NCBI GenBank assembly: GCA_035528155.1
Contig: DATKZA010000121.1
Location: 26,554-90,553 of the forward strand
From: Patescibacteria group bacterium
GTDB lineage: Bacteria > Acidobacteriota > Aminicenantia > UBA2199
Length of the DNA: 64,000 nt
Direction: 5' to 3'
Shown here: in pieces, positions 1 through 12,766 of the stretch
How positions within the stretch are numbered: position 1 is the stretch's first letter
Layout: each line of letters starts with the position of its first letter
Notes under the pieces: model-generated
What the model was told of the DNA's origin: nothing
Databases searched by the model: none
Seen by the model: only the letters and a program-made list of their open reading frames with translations
Program-made: the position numbers and the translations under genes

Positions 1-20
1 AGCAGAACCGTTTTTTCCGG

Positions 21-671
21 GTGCGCCGGGCCCGCAGCCAGGCGCAACCCCGGCTCGAAGCCCTGTTCCGGAAAGCCGGCCTGGACTATCCGGCTAAAGA
101 GGTCTTGCTGCGCGTTTTCAAGCTGGAGGAGGAATTGGAGTTGTGGGCCAGGAACGATAAAAACAGCCCCTTCACACTGGTCCAACTCTACCCCGTCTGC
201 GCCGCCTCGGGCACGGTCGGCCCCAAGCGCCGCGAGGGCGACCTGCAGGTGCCGGAAGGGTTTTATTTCATCAGCGCCTTCAACCCCTGGAGCCATTTCC
301 ACCTGTCGCTGCGCGTCAACTACCCCAATGCTTCGGACCGCATCCTGAGCGACCGCCGCCGCCCCGGCGGCGATATCTTCATCCACGGCTCGTGCGTGAC
401 CATCGGCTGCGTCCCTTTGCGGGAAGGTCCGATCGAGGAGGTCTACCTGGCGGCCGTCGACGCCCGCGATGCCGGCCAGGCACGCATCCCGGTCCATATT
501 TTCCCCTGCCGCCTGCAAGGGAGCCTTTTGCAACTGGAACGACAGGCGTGGCGCCATCCCGGCCTGATGGATTTTTGGCTGAACCTGAAAGAGGGGTACG
601 ATCTCTTTGAAAAAAATCGCCGTCCGCCCAGAATCTCGGTGGATCGCAGGGGCAAGTATCTATTTCACTGA
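21..671 (+). CDS. L,D-transpeptidase (YkuD/ErfK family) catalytic-domain protein; the reading frame is open upstream to position 3, so it may be 5'-partial
   Basis: IFIHGSCVTIGCVPL matches the L,D-transpeptidase HG(S/T)x-GC active-site motif; no in-frame stop upstream of the ATG at 21. Confidence 0.6.
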   Translation: MRRARSQAQPRLEALFRKAGLDYPAKEVLLRVFKLEEELELWARNDKNSPFTLVQLYPVCAASGTVGPKRREGDLQVPEGFYFISAFNPWSHFHLSLRVNYPNASDRILSDRRRPGGDIFIHGSCVTIGCVPLREGPIEEVYLAAVDARDAGQARIPVHIFPCRLQGSLLQLERQAWRHPGLMDFWLNLKEGYDLFEKNRRPPRISVDRRGKYLFH

Positions 672-775
672 ACTCAGTGAATAGTGATTGGTGATTGGTT
701 AGGAAAAAAGAAAAACTGAGTTTCTCGGGAATGCGGCTGCCAATCACGAATCACTATTTACCAATCACTACTTTG
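672..775. repeat. Intergenic repeat element with tandem CAATCAC/GTGATTG units; same family as repeats at 18946-19186 and 54830-55300
   Basis: actcagtgaatagtgattggtgattgg ... ccaatcacgaatcactatttaccaatcac resembles ctttaccaatcactaatcaccaatcacgaataacgaatcac at 55245-55290. Confidence 0.4.
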
Positions 776-1983
776 TTGGCTCCAGAGTAACTCATGAAAT
801 CATTTATCAAGTTCACGTGATCACCGCGAATAAGCAAATGGTGGTTGGCCAGCGGTGCCTTCAGGAAATACTCGACCGGTTCCTGAAGACGCAGGCGTAC
901 CTGGGTGCGGCACAGGCCGGGTTCGGGGCGGCCGGGCAGAACGTCGGCAGCCGATACGAAGTAACTCCCCAAATCGGGATTTCCCACTTTAAACACCGTG
1001 GCCGGACCGGGGGGGAAGTCGCCGCTGAGGGCAACGCCCAATCCCGTTTCGAAATGGGTTTGCAGACGGTAAGTGCTGACGGCACGCCGCGGCACCGTGC
1101 AGTGGGCCAGGATCAGTTGGTTGTGCTTGCGGTCGATGGTGGCCGGGTTGGCCATGAAGGGGATCTCCCCGGTCAGGACGAACAGCAGGAGCATGGAAAA
1201 TACCGCCGGCACATCGCCTTCGCAGCCGCAAATCATCCCCTCGTCGTTGAGTCGGGACAACGCCAGGCAGCCGCTGGTTTGCAGCCGCTCGATCAGGCTG
1301 AAGCAGCGCAAGGTGGCGGCCCGCAAGTCGTGGCGGGCATATACCGCTTTTAAGGCCGGAACCAAGCAGGCGGCCGCCTGCAGCGCCGCTTCGTCCACCC
1401 CATCCAGTTTTTTCGCTTGCCCGATCCATTCACGGGCGAGGGTCGCGACTTCCGCCTCATCTGCCATGTGCCCGGACACTTCGTCAAGGGCGATGTCGAT
1501 GAATTCCGTTCCCCAGAGAGCTTTGACGGCGGCGCGGTCAACGATGGAAGCGATCAGCCAGTCCGACGGTTCGCCGATGATGCCGATGCGCCCGGCCAGG
1601 GCCCGGCGTGTCCTTTGAAAATCGGCGAGCCGCCGCAAGCGCCCGACCATTAGACTGCCGTCGCCGTGCACGATCTCGGCCGCCTCTCCCTGCTGGCGCA
1701 CCCAGCTGGAAATTTCCAGGGCGGCGGGCAGGGAATTGTGCTTGCCGTCGGCCAGCAGGATGACCGGTTTGGCCAGGGCAGGGTAGATCTGAACGAATTT
1801 CTGCTCGCTCCCCCCGGAAGCGACGAATACGACCTGCAGATCGGCTTCGGCCTGATCTCCGGGATGGGTCTCGAGAAGCGTGAATTCCTCACTCAGAAGA
1901 GCCAGGAATTCCCTACGGTCTTTTTCAAAGCGGACCTTGTCATGCCTTCCCGAATCCAGGCGGAGCAGGGCGATCTTGATCAT
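754..1983 (-). CDS. Hypothetical protein, possibly a sugar isomerase-like (L-fucose/L-arabinose isomerase family) fold
   Basis: 409-aa ORF with coding-like composition; weak resemblance (MICGCEGD region) to FucI/AraA-type isomerases; no firm motif. Confidence 0.3.
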   Translation of the reverse strand: MIKIALLRLDSGRHDKVRFEKDRREFLALLSEEFTLLETHPGDQAEADLQVVFVASGGSEQKFVQIYPALAKPVILLADGKHNSLPAALEISSWVRQQGEAAEIVHGDGSLMVGRLRRLADFQRTRRALAGRIGIIGEPSDWLIASIVDRAAVKALWGTEFIDIALDEVSGHMADEAEVATLAREWIGQAKKLDGVDEAALQAAACLVPALKAVYARHDLRAATLRCFSLIERLQTSGCLALSRLNDEGMICGCEGDVPAVFSMLLLFVLTGEIPFMANPATIDRKHNQLILAHCTVPRRAVSTYRLQTHFETGLGVALSGDFPPGPATVFKVGNPDLGSYFVSAADVLPGRPEPGLCRTQVRLRLQEPVEYFLKAPLANHHLLIRGDHVNLINDFMSYSGANKVVIGK

Positions 1984-2101
1984 GGTTTTCTCCCGGCCTT
2001 GCCTTGCAAGGCAGCCGGAGAGATTTTACCATATCCGCTCAGCGTCCTTCTTGAGCTGGCGCGATTTTTTTAATAAAAATCGCCAGGTTTTTATTCAGAA
2101 A

Positions 2102-2824
2102 TCATGATTTTCCTGATTGATCATCCTGGACGAGCTTGCGGCCGCGGGCAAACAGGGAGTGGATCTTGTCCATGACCAGGTTGAACAAGAAGCGCAGGCC
2201 GCGCCAGATGTGTTTGCTCGACCAGAGCATGAGCAGGCCCAGGGCGGCCAGCATCATGGCAATGATCAGGGTGAGCACGCCGGCCACCTGGGGATGGTTC
2301 TGGAAGGGGCCGAATTGAAAGATGGCTTCCCCGGCCCAGCGGTTGATCTCCAGGAAGAGGTCCGGGGAGATGATGGTGATCAGGCCGACCAGGGCACAGA
2401 GAAAACCGCTGATCACAAAAACCACGGCCGTGGCGAAATAGGCGATCAGCAGCCCGGCCAGGAAGGCCAGCAGGCCGGCGACCAATCCCAGGCCGCCCAT
2501 GCCCAGAGGCGCGGCGAAAAAGATGATCAGAAAACCGGCCAGGATATAGAGAAGCGATTTTTTTTGCTTGCCCAAACGGGTGATGCTTGCTCCCACCCGG
2601 CTGGAGACCACTTCGGCCGGGTCGCCCAGCTTTTTCAGCACGCGCAAGGAGCGGTCGATCTCGTCGCCCTCACTGTCGCTGCTGAAGGATTCGTAAATAT
2701 GCGAGCGGATCTCGGCCAGTATCTCCTGTTGGTCCTTTTCGTTCATGCCCTTCAATTGTGATTTTAGCTTTTCCAGGTAATCGGCGACGATCTTTTCCGC
2801 TGCCGGCGGGAAATGGTTATTCAT
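2102..2824 (-). CDS. DUF1700/HAAS-type membrane protein (putative sensor partner of PadR)
   Basis: N-terminal soluble helical region followed by 4-5 TM helices; overlaps the stop of the upstream PadR gene by 8 nt, the usual PadR-DUF1700 pairing. Confidence 0.55.
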   Translation of the reverse strand: MNNHFPPAAEKIVADYLEKLKSQLKGMNEKDQQEILAEIRSHIYESFSSDSEGDEIDRSLRVLKKLGDPAEVVSSRVGASITRLGKQKKSLLYILAGFLIIFFAAPLGMGGLGLVAGLLAFLAGLLIAYFATAVVFVISGFLCALVGLITIISPDLFLEINRWAGEAIFQFGPFQNHPQVAGVLTLIIAMMLAALGLLMLWSSKHIWRGLRFLFNLVMDKIHSLFARGRKLVQDDQSGKS

Positions 2825-3248
2825 TTTTCTTCCTCCTGATCACGATTTTTTTATTGCTTGGCGGGTCTGGCTGCGGTTGCGGCTCAGCGGCGGCGCTTTC
2901 CACCAGCAGCACCAGGCGCCGGAACTCAGTTTGCAGTGACTCGCATACGGCCCGGCCGGCCGTGGTCAATTCGTAGTATTTGCGCGGCGGCCCCTGGCTG
3001 GATTCCACCCAATCGGAACGCACCAGCCCTTCGCGGTTCAAGCGGGAGAGGATGGGGTAGACGGTGCCCTCCTTGATTTCGACCGCGTCCGGGTTTGCCA
3101 GGCTGCGGACCAGCGAGTAGCCGTAATGGGTTTGGCGGTACAGGACGGCCAGGACGGCCAGTTCCAGTATACCCTTGCGCAACTGGGTGACCTTGTTGTC
3201 TGTTTCTTCTGCCATGATCTTGTTCATGCCTAGTATACGATAAAACAT
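2817..3248 (-). CDS. PadR family transcriptional regulator (alternative starts at 3227 or 3215)
   Basis: LRKGILELAVLAVL...GYSL...EGTVYPILSRLNREGLV is the PadR winged-helix signature. Confidence 0.8.
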   Translation of the reverse strand: MFYRILGMNKIMAEETDNKVTQLRKGILELAVLAVLYRQTHYGYSLVRSLANPDAVEIKEGTVYPILSRLNREGLVRSDWVESSQGPPRKYYELTTAGRAVCESLQTEFRRLVLLVESAAAEPQPQPDPPSNKKIVIRRKKNE

Positions 3249-3372
3249 AGTAGTTGGTTCAAAAAAAATTAATTTTTATAGATCCCGGCCAGGCCGGTAC
3301 TTTTCATGAAATTAGCGATCCGTCCATCCCGGCCGCTGGGGATCCGCTTAAAGAAGGTTGGCGGAGCGACCG

Positions 3373-4254
3373 CTATGGATTGACAAAAACGCCCATGCGG
3401 CGGTATTTCTGGTAGCGTCGGTTGAGAAGGGTCTCCATGTCGCAATCGAGCAGCTCTTCCAGGGCGGCGGCCAGTACCGTCTTCATGGCTGCGGCGGTTG
3501 CTTCTGGATTTTCATGTGCTCCCGGCTCGGGTTCCTCGATGATGCCGTCGATGATGCCTTTCTGGAACAGGTCCGCGGCGGTCAGTTTCAGCGCCGTGGC
3601 CGCGGCCGGGGCCTTGGCGGCGTCCTTCCAGAGGATGGATGCGCAGCCTTCCGGGGAAATGACCGAATAAATGGTATTGGTCAGCATGAAAATCCTGTCG
3701 GCGACGCCGATGCCCAAAGCGCCGCCCGAGCCCCCCTCACCGGTGACCACGGCCAGGATGGGTACGCGCAGGCTGGACATGCGGTAAAGGTTGTAGGCGA
3801 TGGCCTCGGCTTGGCCCCTCTCCTCGGCTCCGATGCCGGGGTAGGCGCCGGGAGTATCGATCAGGATGAGCACCGGGCGGCCGAACCTCTCCGCCTGCTC
3901 CATTAAGCGCAGGGCCTTGCGGTAGCCTTCGGGGTGGGCCATGCCGAAATGGCGGCGAATGTTTTCCTTGACGTTGCGCCCCTTCTGATGGCCGATGACG
4001 GTCACCGCCAGGTTCGAAAAAAGAGCAATGCCGCCGACGATGGCCTTGTCGTCGGCAAAACGCCGGTCGCCATGGAACTCGATGAAATCGCGGCACAAGT
4101 ATTGGAAATAATCCAGGGTAGTGGGGCGCTTGGGGTGTCGGGCCAGTTTGACGATGTCGATGGCGGATGTCAACTGCCGGGCTTCGTGCAGGTCCTTATC
4201 TCGGCGGTTTTCAGACATGGGCTTCGCCTCCTTGGTCGTATGGCCTTTGTTCAT
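3373..4254 (-). CDS. accA: Acetyl-CoA carboxylase carboxyltransferase subunit alpha (alternative start at 4218)
   Basis: [13 protein letters not shown]...DDKAIVGG...[17 protein letters not shown]...[13 protein letters not shown] closely matches AccA. Confidence 0.9.
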   Translation of the reverse strand: MNKGHTTKEAKPMSENRRDKDLHEARQLTSAIDIVKLARHPKRPTTLDYFQYLCRDFIEFHGDRRFADDKAIVGGIALFSNLAVTVIGHQKGRNVKENIRRHFGMAHPEGYRKALRLMEQAERFGRPVLILIDTPGAYPGIGAEERGQAEAIAYNLYRMSSLRVPILAVVTGEGGSGGALGIGVADRIFMLTNTIYSVISPEGCASILWKDAAKAPAAATALKLTAADLFQKGIIDGIIEEPEPGAHENPEATAAAMKTVLAAALEELLDCDMETLLNRRYQKYRRMGVFVNP

Positions 4255-5020
4255 GGATGCGCAAAATGGTAGTCAGTACCGGCTTGAGGTTTTTGCGCTG
4301 AACGACCAGGTCCAGCATGCCATGCTCCAGCAGGAATTCCGCGGTCTGGAACCCCGGGGGCAGGACCTGGCCGATGGTCTGCTGAATGACCCGGGGCCCG
4401 GCGAAACCAATCAGGGCTTTGGTCTCGCCGATGATGATGTCTCCCAGCATGGCAAAGGAAGCGGTAACCCCCCCCGTGGTCGGGTCGACCAAAACCGTGA
4501 CCAGCAGCAAGCGCCGCTCATGGAATCGCTTGATAGCCGCCGCCGTCTTGGCCATCTGCATCAGGGAATAGATCCCCTCCTGCATGCGCGCTCCGCCCGA
4601 GCAGATGATGAATACCGCCGGAAGGAAATGGTCGGTCGCGTATTCGATCAGGCGGGTGATCTTCTCGCCGACCACCGATCCCATTGAGGCCATCAGGAAA
4701 CGCGGTTCGAAGACGGCCAGAGCGGTCCGATGGTCGTTGATCTTGCCGACGCCGGTGAGCACGGCTTCGTTCAGCGAGGTGGCGGCCATGGCTGCGGCGA
4801 TTTTCTGACTGTACTGGGGAAAATCCAGCGGATCGGCGCTCTGCAAATCGGCGTCCAGTTCAAAAAAAGTTCCGCGATCGCATATTCTTTTAATCCGGTT
4901 CGGAGCTTCGATGCGAAAGTGCCAGCCGCACTTGGAACAGACATAGTGGGCGTGGCGTAGAAAGGAAATGAAATGGGTGGTATTGCAATTCAGGCATTTG
5001 ACAAATAATTTGGCAAGCAT
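4211..5020 (-). CDS. accD: Acetyl-CoA carboxylase carboxyltransferase subunit beta; the track ORF is over-extended and the true start is MLAKLF at 5020
   Basis: N-terminal C4 zinc ribbon CLNC...CSKCGWH followed by a carboxyltransferase domain; conserved AccD architecture. Confidence 0.9.
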   Translation of the reverse strand: MLAKLFVKCLNCNTTHFISFLRHAHYVCSKCGWHFRIEAPNRIKRICDRGTFFELDADLQSADPLDFPQYSQKIAAAMAATSLNEAVLTGVGKINDHRTALAVFEPRFLMASMGSVVGEKITRLIEYATDHFLPAVFIICSGGARMQEGIYSLMQMAKTAAAIKRFHERRLLLVTVLVDPTTGGVTASFAMLGDIIIGETKALIGFAGPRVIQQTIGQVLPPGFQTAEFLLEHGMLDLVVQRKNLKPVLTTILRIHEQRPYDQGGEAHV

Positions 5021-5031
5021 GCATTCACCTT

Positions 5032-6371
<1,340 letters not shown>

Positions 6372-6375
<4 letters not shown>

Positions 6376-6881
6376 GAATCTCCCGCGTTTTCTTCGATCT
6401 TGAACATGGTTTGGCCGAACTCGACCAAAGCGCTGTTTTCAACGCAAATTTCGCGGATAATGCCGTCGATGTCGGTTTGGATTTCGTTCATGTTCTTCAT
6501 GGCTTCGATGATGCAGAGGATGTCGCCGGCCTTGACAGAGTCGCCGATCTCGACAAATGGTTCGGCGTCTGGGGCCGGAGCCCGGTAGAATGTCCCGACC
6601 AACGGCGCCTGGACCTGGAAATATTTTTCGCTCTCTGTTTTATCGGCGCTTTCCGGTTCCGGGGTGAGCAGCGCCGCCGGGGGCGGGTCCGCTTGCGCAG
6701 GTGGCAATCCTGTCCAGGCGGCTGTCTTGTCGCTGTCAACAGCAGCAGTCGCCTGGCGCGAGTGGGAATGGCCACGCTTGATTTCGACGCTGGTGAACCA
6801 GTTGCGGATGGAAAGCTCGACGAGCTGGTGCTTGTCCATCAATTCGATCAACTCAAGAACGATTTTTTTCCTAAATTTCAT
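6372..6881 (-). CDS. accB: Biotin carboxyl carrier protein
   Basis: C-terminal biotinyl domain with the IEAMKNMNEI (EAMK biotinylation) motif; 4-nt overlap with accC. Confidence 0.9.
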
Positions 6882-6997
6882 TCTGCCCTCCGCGCCAAGT
6901 ATTCTATTTCAGAGCTGATCCGGACTGGGTGATTTCCATAACATAACAGATAGTTTTAACAATTTCAAGGAGCAGCCGGTTTTTTTCGTTGCCGCCG

Positions 6998-8425
6998 CTA
7001 TTCGAGCTGTTTTTCGCGCAACACGGCAATGAAGGCCTTGGAAAAATAGTTATTGTCGACCAGTGGATGCATCAGGGGGAGATCATTGGCGTAGGTCTCG
7101 CCGGTGATGTAAATCTTCCCATCCGAGCCCCGGCTCAGGCCGTTGCTCCAGTCGGCGCCCGTGCCGCTCTCGCCAACGTATGGATCGCTGGTCGAGCCGC
7201 CATAGTAGGTCGACAGCAGGATCTTCTCACCGCCGGCGCTCAACTTGGTGACAAATGCGTCTTTGACCCCGCCCAGGTGATCCTGGAGGGCGCCGCGCAC
7301 CGGGAAGTCGGGGCTGGTGGTCCAGCCGGAGAGGTATGCCTCGCCGGCGGCATTCAACGCCATGGCCGTGGCCCTGTCTTCACCGCCGCCGCCCAGGTAG
7401 GTTGAATAGACCAGGGTGCTGTTGACCGGGTCGATCCTGGCGGCAAAAGCATCCGTTTTTTCACCATAAACGGTGTCGATGGCATTTTTCAATGGAAAAT
7501 CGGCGGAAGCGGTGGATCCGCAGGCATAGATCGAGCCGTCGGCGCCGAGGGCGACGCCTAAGGCGAAATCGTTCTCCGCCCCGCCCAGCCGGGTGGCGAA
7601 TTCGATGGCGTTGCCGGCGGGGTTTAATTTGAGGATGAAGGCATCGCATAAGCCGCCGCTCGCCGCCGGAATGGGATTGAGGGAAGGAAAGCCGAGGTCG
7701 GATGTCCAGCCGGCCACGATCAGGGCTCCTTCGCTGTCGACAGCCATATCCTCGATCGAGGTGTCGTCCATCTCGGCTAGGATTTTGCACTCATACAGCA
7801 AACGGCCGCCGTCGGCCGAGACCTTCAGGATGGTGTTGTCCATGGTGGCCAAATAGATGTCCTGTTCATCGTCAAGGGCCAGGGCGACGACGCGCTCCTG
7901 GAGGATGAACGTGGAGAAGTTCAGCGTCGAGCCCTGGGGGGCGATGCTGCTCAGGAATCCACATTGCCAGGGTTGGCTGAAGGTTCCGTAGAGCGGATTT
8001 TTCAGGGGGAATTCCTGGCCGCCGGCCAGTCCGCCGGCGATGGCGTTGCCCTGGTCATCGACGGCCATGGCCGTGCAGAAGTTGTAGCCCTGGGGGTCGC
8101 CGAGAAAGGTGGAATAGACCAGCGACTGCCCGTCCGGGGCGAACTTGCTGACGAAACCCGTGGTCGAAAAAGTCTTGTCGATGACCGGGTTTTTCAGGAT
8201 GAAGGAAGGGCTCTGGGTCTCGCCGGCCAGATAGATGTAGCCGTCCTTGTCCACGCTGATGGCGTTGCCTTTGTTGGCCTGGGGCGAACCTCCCCAGTAG
8301 GTGGCGTAAACCAGTTCAAATACCGTGGCAGGTAATTCCGGCTCGTTGCTGTCGTCGTTGTTCCGGCAGGCCGGCGAGGCACAAAGAAACAAATACAGTA
8401 AAATTCCCCCGAGAACCATTTTCAT
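6998..8425 (-). CDS. SBBP-repeat beta-propeller lipoprotein (start MKMV at 8425, GGAGGT RBS)
   Basis: Repeated YSTYLGG/DAF(V/I)xKL blades typical of SBBP repeats; signal peptide with LCASPAC lipobox. Confidence 0.6.
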   Translation of the reverse strand: MKMVLGGILLYLFLCASPACRNNDDSNEPELPATVFELVYATYWGGSPQANKGNAISVDKDGYIYLAGETQSPSFILKNPVIDKTFSTTGFVSKFAPDGQSLVYSTFLGDPQGYNFCTAMAVDDQGNAIAGGLAGGQEFPLKNPLYGTFSQPWQCGFLSSIAPQGSTLNFSTFILQERVVALALDDEQDIYLATMDNTILKVSADGGRLLYECKILAEMDDTSIEDMAVDSEGALIVAGWTSDLGFPSLNPIPAASGGLCDAFILKLNPAGNAIEFATRLGGAENDFALGVALGADGSIYACGSTASADFPLKNAIDTVYGEKTDAFAARIDPVNSTLVYSTYLGGGGEDRATAMALNAAGEAYLSGWTTSPDFPVRGALQDHLGGVKDAFVTKLSAGGEKILLSTYYGGSTSDPYVGESGTGADWSNGLSRGSDGKIYITGETYANDLPLMHPLVDNNYFSKAFIAVLREKQLE

Positions 8426-8496
8426 GGGCGGTACCTCCGCAATAAATGGCGACTGCACTCCATTTCTGATGATATTATATACCGGGAAATATTTTT

Positions 8497-11400
8497 ATGG
8501 TACTTCACGCACAAATTGCAAATTCCGCGCCCCTCCCTTATAATGCCTGCATGGGGTTTGGCAAAAGACTCGAAGCGGGCTATTTTTTCAGTGTGCCGGA
8601 CTTTGCCGATCCGGACAAGAACCTGGCGGCCCGGCAGATTTTTGTCATCGTAAGGGCATTCTTCGTGTTCGCGGTTTTGCTGCAGCTCCTGCAGGTCGCC
8701 CTGGACCCGAAAATAACCGTGCGCTGGTTTGTGTTGTTTTGTGCCACTTTCGCGGTCAGCGTCATGTTGCTGGAACTTGCCAGGCGCGGCCATGTCCGTC
8801 TGGCTTCCTTCCTGCTGGTGTTGAACTTGTGGCTGCTGGTCGGCGTATTCGCCTGGACGAGGATCGGCCTGGGGACGCGGGCCGCCTACGGCTATTTCAT
8901 CGTTGTTTTCATCGCCGGCATGGTGCTGGGCAGGTGGCCGGGGATCATCACGGCGGCGCTTTGCAGCGCTTCGACACTGGCCATCGCCCTGGCGGCTCCG
9001 GTGGCTTCGTCCGACCCCGTCCGCTTCTGGCTGGTCAACTCGTTTTACCTGCTGATCGTGCACCTGCTGCAGAACCTGTCCTGGCGCTCCATAAGGGAAT
9101 CCCTGGTCAGGGCCCGCAGCGAATTGCGGGAACGGCAGCTGGCTGAAACCGAGCTGCGCAGCAGCGATGAGCGATTCAAACAGCTGTCTTCGCTCACCTC
9201 GGAAGGAATTGTGATCCAGGCGGATGGCATCATCCTGGACGCGAACCAGGCATTCGCAGAACTTACAGGCTACGCAAACTCTGACCAGCTGATTGGGAAG
9301 AATGGCCTGGAGATCATTTCATTTACAGCGGAATCGCGAAAACGTGTGTTCGCCCATATGAGCAATCACTCCACCGAAACTTACGAAGTCGAAATTATCA
9401 AGCCGGACGGTTCATTGCTTTCAGCCGAGACCCATGGCAGGGAGATCAACTATCTTGGACGCCAAGCGCGCCTCGTCTCCATGCTTGACATCACCAAGCG
9501 CAAACAGTCGGAGGGTGAATTGCAGGCACGTGAGAATTTGCTCAGCAGTATTTTTCGCGCTGCTCCGACCGGGATTGGCGTGGTGAACAACCGGGTTTTA
9601 ACATTAGTCAATAGCCGGATTTGCGAAATGATCGGCTGGACTCAGGAAGAACTGATCGGCAAAAGCTCGCGGGTTCTCTACGTCAGTGATGCCGATTTTG
9701 AATATGTGGGAAAGAAAAAGTACCGGCAGATCGCTGAACGAGGCACGGGGACGGTGGAAACGCGCTGGCAGTGCAAGGATGGTCGCATCATCGATGTGCT
9801 GTTGAGCTCCACTCCGATCAATCCGTTGGATCAATCCGCCGGAGTGACGTTCACCGCTCTGGACATTACCGACCGCAAGCAGGGAGAGGAAAAACTGCTG
9901 GAGAGCGAGCGGCGTTACCGGACGCTTTTTGAATCGGCCGGTGATGCCATTTTCCTTCTGCATGGGGACCGGATCATTGACTGCAACTCCAAAACACTGG
10001 AGGTGTTCGGTTGTGGCCGTGAACAAATGATCGGTCTGCCCATATCGCGATTTCATCCAGCCCAGCAGCCCGACGGCAGAGATTCGCTGGTTATAGGCAA
10101 GGAGAAAAACACGGCGGCCCTGACCGGAGGCTCGCAATTTTTTGAATGGCGGCATGTCCGCTTCGATGGTGCTCAGTTCGATGCCGAGGTCAGACTGAAC
10201 CATATCCAACTGGTCGCCGGAGACTTTTTACTGGCCCTGGTACGCGACATTTCCGAACGCAAAAAACTGGAAGAGCAGTTGCGCCAGGCGCAGAAAATGG
10301 AAGCCATCGGCATCCTGGCCGGAGGCGTAGCCCATGATTTCAATAATATCCTTTCGACCATCGTCGGCTACACTTCCCTTTTGCAAATGAAGCTGAAAGC
10401 CGATGATCCGTTTAAAGAATACATCGAGCGCATCCTCTCCGCCACCGAGCGGGCGGTGAACCTGACCAGCAGCCTTCTGGCTTTCAGCCGCAAGCAGGAG
10501 ATCGAATTGCGTCCGCTTGACATCAATGACACCATTTACGGTTTCCACAAGATCCTGGCGCGGCTGATCGGGGAGGATATCGATTTCCACCTCGACCTGG
10601 CCAGCCAGACCCTGGTGGTGGACGCCGATGTCCGCCAGATCGAGCAGCTGCTGATGAACCTGGCCAACAATAGCCGCGACGCCATGCCCCGGGGAGGCAA
10701 GCTGACCATCCGCACCGATGCCGTCGTTTTAACGGAGACACGCGCCGAGATTCCCGCCGGATCCTATGCCGTCGTAACGGTTACCGACAGCGGCTCGGGC
10801 ATGACCATGGATGTCCAGGCGCACATCTTCGAGCCCTTCTTCACCACCAAGGAAGTGGGCAAGGGGACCGGGCTCGGAATGGCCATGGTTTACGGCATCG
10901 TCAAAAAGCACAACGGCTTCATCCACATGGCCAGTACAAGCGGAGCGGGGACCACTTTCAGCATCTATCTGCCCTTGAAGGCGCAAACCGTAAAAAAAAC
11001 AGCGCGCCGCAAGCAGGAAAAAATCCCGGCCGGGAGCGAAACCATTCTCCTGATCGAGGACGATGCTGCCGTCCGCCAGGTGACCCGTTCCATGCTCGAG
11101 GAATTCGGCTACACCGTGCTGGAAGCGGCAAACGGGATCGAAGCCCAGACCGTGTTCCAGCGGCAGCGGGACCAGGTCCAGCTGGTCTTATGCGACCTGA
11201 TCATGCCCAAGATGAACGGCCGCGAAACGTACGCCGCGCTCCAAAAAATCAAGGGCGATATCAAGGTGGTCTTCATGAGCGGCTATACCGCCGATATCAT
11301 CGCCGGCAAGGGCATCGCCGATCCCGGCGTCCAGCTGCTCCAGAAACCGCTGAACCCGTCGACTCTGCTCAAGAAAATCCGCAGTGTGCTGGACAAATAA
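8497..11400 (+). CDS. Hybrid sensor histidine kinase (membrane N-terminus, multiple PAS domains, HisKA, HATPase_c, C-terminal receiver)
   Basis: H-box [16 protein letters not shown] boxes ([25 protein letters not shown]), receiver D in [13 protein letters not shown]. Confidence 0.85.
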   Translation: MVLHAQIANSAPLPYNACMGFGKRLEAGYFFSVPDFADPDKNLAARQIFVIVRAFFVFAVLLQLLQVALDPKITVRWFVLFCATFAVSVMLLELARRGHVRLASFLLVLNLWLLVGVFAWTRIGLGTRAAYGYFIVVFIAGMVLGRWPGIITAALCSASTLAIALAAPVASSDPVRFWLVNSFYLLIVHLLQNLSWRSIRESLVRARSELRERQLAETELRSSDERFKQLSSLTSEGIVIQADGIILDANQAFAELTGYANSDQLIGKNGLEIISFTAESRKRVFAHMSNHSTETYEVEIIKPDGSLLSAETHGREINYLGRQARLVSMLDITKRKQSEGELQARENLLSSIFRAAPTGIGVVNNRVLTLVNSRICEMIGWTQEELIGKSSRVLYVSDADFEYVGKKKYRQIAERGTGTVETRWQCKDGRIIDVLLSSTPINPLDQSAGVTFTALDITDRKQGEEKLLESERRYRTLFESAGDAIFLLHGDRIIDCNSKTLEVFGCGREQMIGLPISRFHPAQQPDGRDSLVIGKEKNTAALTGGSQFFEWRHVRFDGAQFDAEVRLNHIQLVAGDFLLALVRDISERKKLEEQLRQAQKMEAIGILAGGVAHDFNNILSTIVGYTSLLQMKLKADDPFKEYIERILSATERAVNLTSSLLAFSRKQEIELRPLDINDTIYGFHKILARLIGEDIDFHLDLASQTLVVDADVRQIEQLLMNLANNSRDAMPRGGKLTIRTDAVVLTETRAEIPAGSYAVVTVTDSGSGMTMDVQAHIFEPFFTTKEVGKGTGLGMAMVYGIVKKHNGFIHMASTSGAGTTFSIYLPLKAQTVKKTARRKQEKIPAGSETILLIEDDAAVRQVTRSMLEEFGYTVLEAANGIEAQTVFQRQRDQVQLVLCDLIMPKMNGRETYAALQKIKGDIKVVFMSGYTADIIAGKGIADPGVQLLQKPLNPSTLLKKIRSVLDK

Positions 11401-11487
11401 TAAAATATCGCCGGGCGATTGATTTAAAAATCAGGAAATATCCGCGACCCCGTTTCCTTGTTGCGGGAATGGAAACAATTTGATTTC

Positions 11488-11515
11488 TTGACATCGCCTG
11501 CCAATGACTTAAAAT
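11488..11515 (+). promoter_or_regulatory. Sigma-70-like promoter (TTGACA-16 nt-TAAAAT) upstream of the cysteine protease gene
   Basis: TTGACA at 11488-11493, TAAAAT at 11510-11515, then GGAGGA RBS at 11531 and ATG at 11542. Confidence 0.35.
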
Positions 11516-11541
11516 AACAGTTTACGATCAGGAGGACTGAA

Positions 11542-12741
11542 ATGATGAAAAGAAGGATATGGCTCGCTGGTCTGCTTGTTTTTTGTTTTCTGGGAATTCT
11601 TTTCGCCCTGACGGCGTCCGCAGTGAGCGAGAACCGGGAAGTCAAGGCGGTTCAGGATGCCATCGCCGCCGAGAAACTCTCCTGGCAGGCGGAGGTGACG
11701 CCGCTGTCGCTGCTCGACCGCGAACAAAAGCAGCAGCGTTTGGGCGGCCGCTTGAGCGAAGTGCCGGTCCAGATACCCGCTGAGAGTTTCCCCGAGCATG
11801 GGGCTTTGCCGGCATGGCTGGATTGGCGCAACAATGGCGGCAACTGGATCACTTCCGTCAAGGACCAGGGCAGCTGCGGCAGCTGCTGGGCCTTTGCCAC
11901 CACCGCCCTGCTGGAAGCCATGGTCAAAATCAGCAAGCACATGAGCCAGGATATCGATCTTTCTGAACAAATGCTGCTTTCCTGCAGCAATGCCGGCGAC
12001 TGCGTCCTCGGCGGTTATGAATACAAGGCGGCCAATTACATCAAGAGCACCGGTATCCCCAATGAGAGCTGCTATCCCTACTCGGACCGCAAAACTTCGT
12101 GCAGTCCCTGCGCCGGCTGGGCGGCACGGGTAGTGAGAATCACTTCCTGGAGTTGGGTTTCCACTTCGACCAGCGGCATCGAAACGGCGCTGCAAAGCGG
12201 TCCGGTCACCAGCTGGATGGCCGTGTATTCTGATTTCTACCATTACCGCAGCGGCGTGTACCAGCCCACGGCCGGTTCCTCTTACCAGGGCGGCCATTTC
12301 GTGGTCATCGTCGGCTACAACCATGTCGAGAGATACTGGATCTGCAAAAATTCCTGGGGGACGGCCTGGGGAGAAAGCGGGTTTTTCCGCATCAAAATGG
12401 GAACCTCCGGCATGGGCACCCAAGTGCTGCGCATGATCAAGCCGATCCTGAACAATGCGGCGCCTGTGCTGCAGAGCATTCCCGACTGCTCAGGCGAAGA
12501 AGGAAAGACCCTGGCTTTTACGCTGAGCGCCAGTGACAGTGACGGCGACCCGCTGGAATTTATGGCAGCCGGTCTGCCGGACGGGGCCGTTTTGGACGCT
12601 GCCAACGGCACTTTTTCCTGGACGCCCACCCACACCCAGTCCGGGATTTTCAACGTCCTCTTCAAAGTGTCGGACGGCATTGCCGAAGACGCGCAAGTGG
12701 TCAAGATTACTGTGCAGAATGTCAAGCGCAAGCAGTGGTAA
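11542..12741 (+). CDS. Secreted papain-like (C1 family) cysteine peptidase with a C-terminal Ig-like/cadherin-like domain
   Basis: Signal peptide; catalytic Cys motif QGSCGSCWAF, His in GGHFVVIVGYN, Asn-Ser-Trp in KNSWGTAWG. Confidence 0.8.
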   Translation: MMKRRIWLAGLLVFCFLGILFALTASAVSENREVKAVQDAIAAEKLSWQAEVTPLSLLDREQKQQRLGGRLSEVPVQIPAESFPEHGALPAWLDWRNNGGNWITSVKDQGSCGSCWAFATTALLEAMVKISKHMSQDIDLSEQMLLSCSNAGDCVLGGYEYKAANYIKSTGIPNESCYPYSDRKTSCSPCAGWAARVVRITSWSWVSTSTSGIETALQSGPVTSWMAVYSDFYHYRSGVYQPTAGSSYQGGHFVVIVGYNHVERYWICKNSWGTAWGESGFFRIKMGTSGMGTQVLRMIKPILNNAAPVLQSIPDCSGEEGKTLAFTLSASDSDGDPLEFMAAGLPDGAVLDAANGTFSWTPTHTQSGIFNVLFKVSDGIAEDAQVVKITVQNVKRKQW

Positions 12742-12766
12742 AGAGCAAAAATCAAGGAGAAAAACC

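Noticed and set aside
8422-9063. 213-aa minus ORF overlapping the start of the hybrid histidine kinase
   Set aside because: Antisense to the kinase membrane domain; Arg/Gln/Asp-rich with no homology signal.
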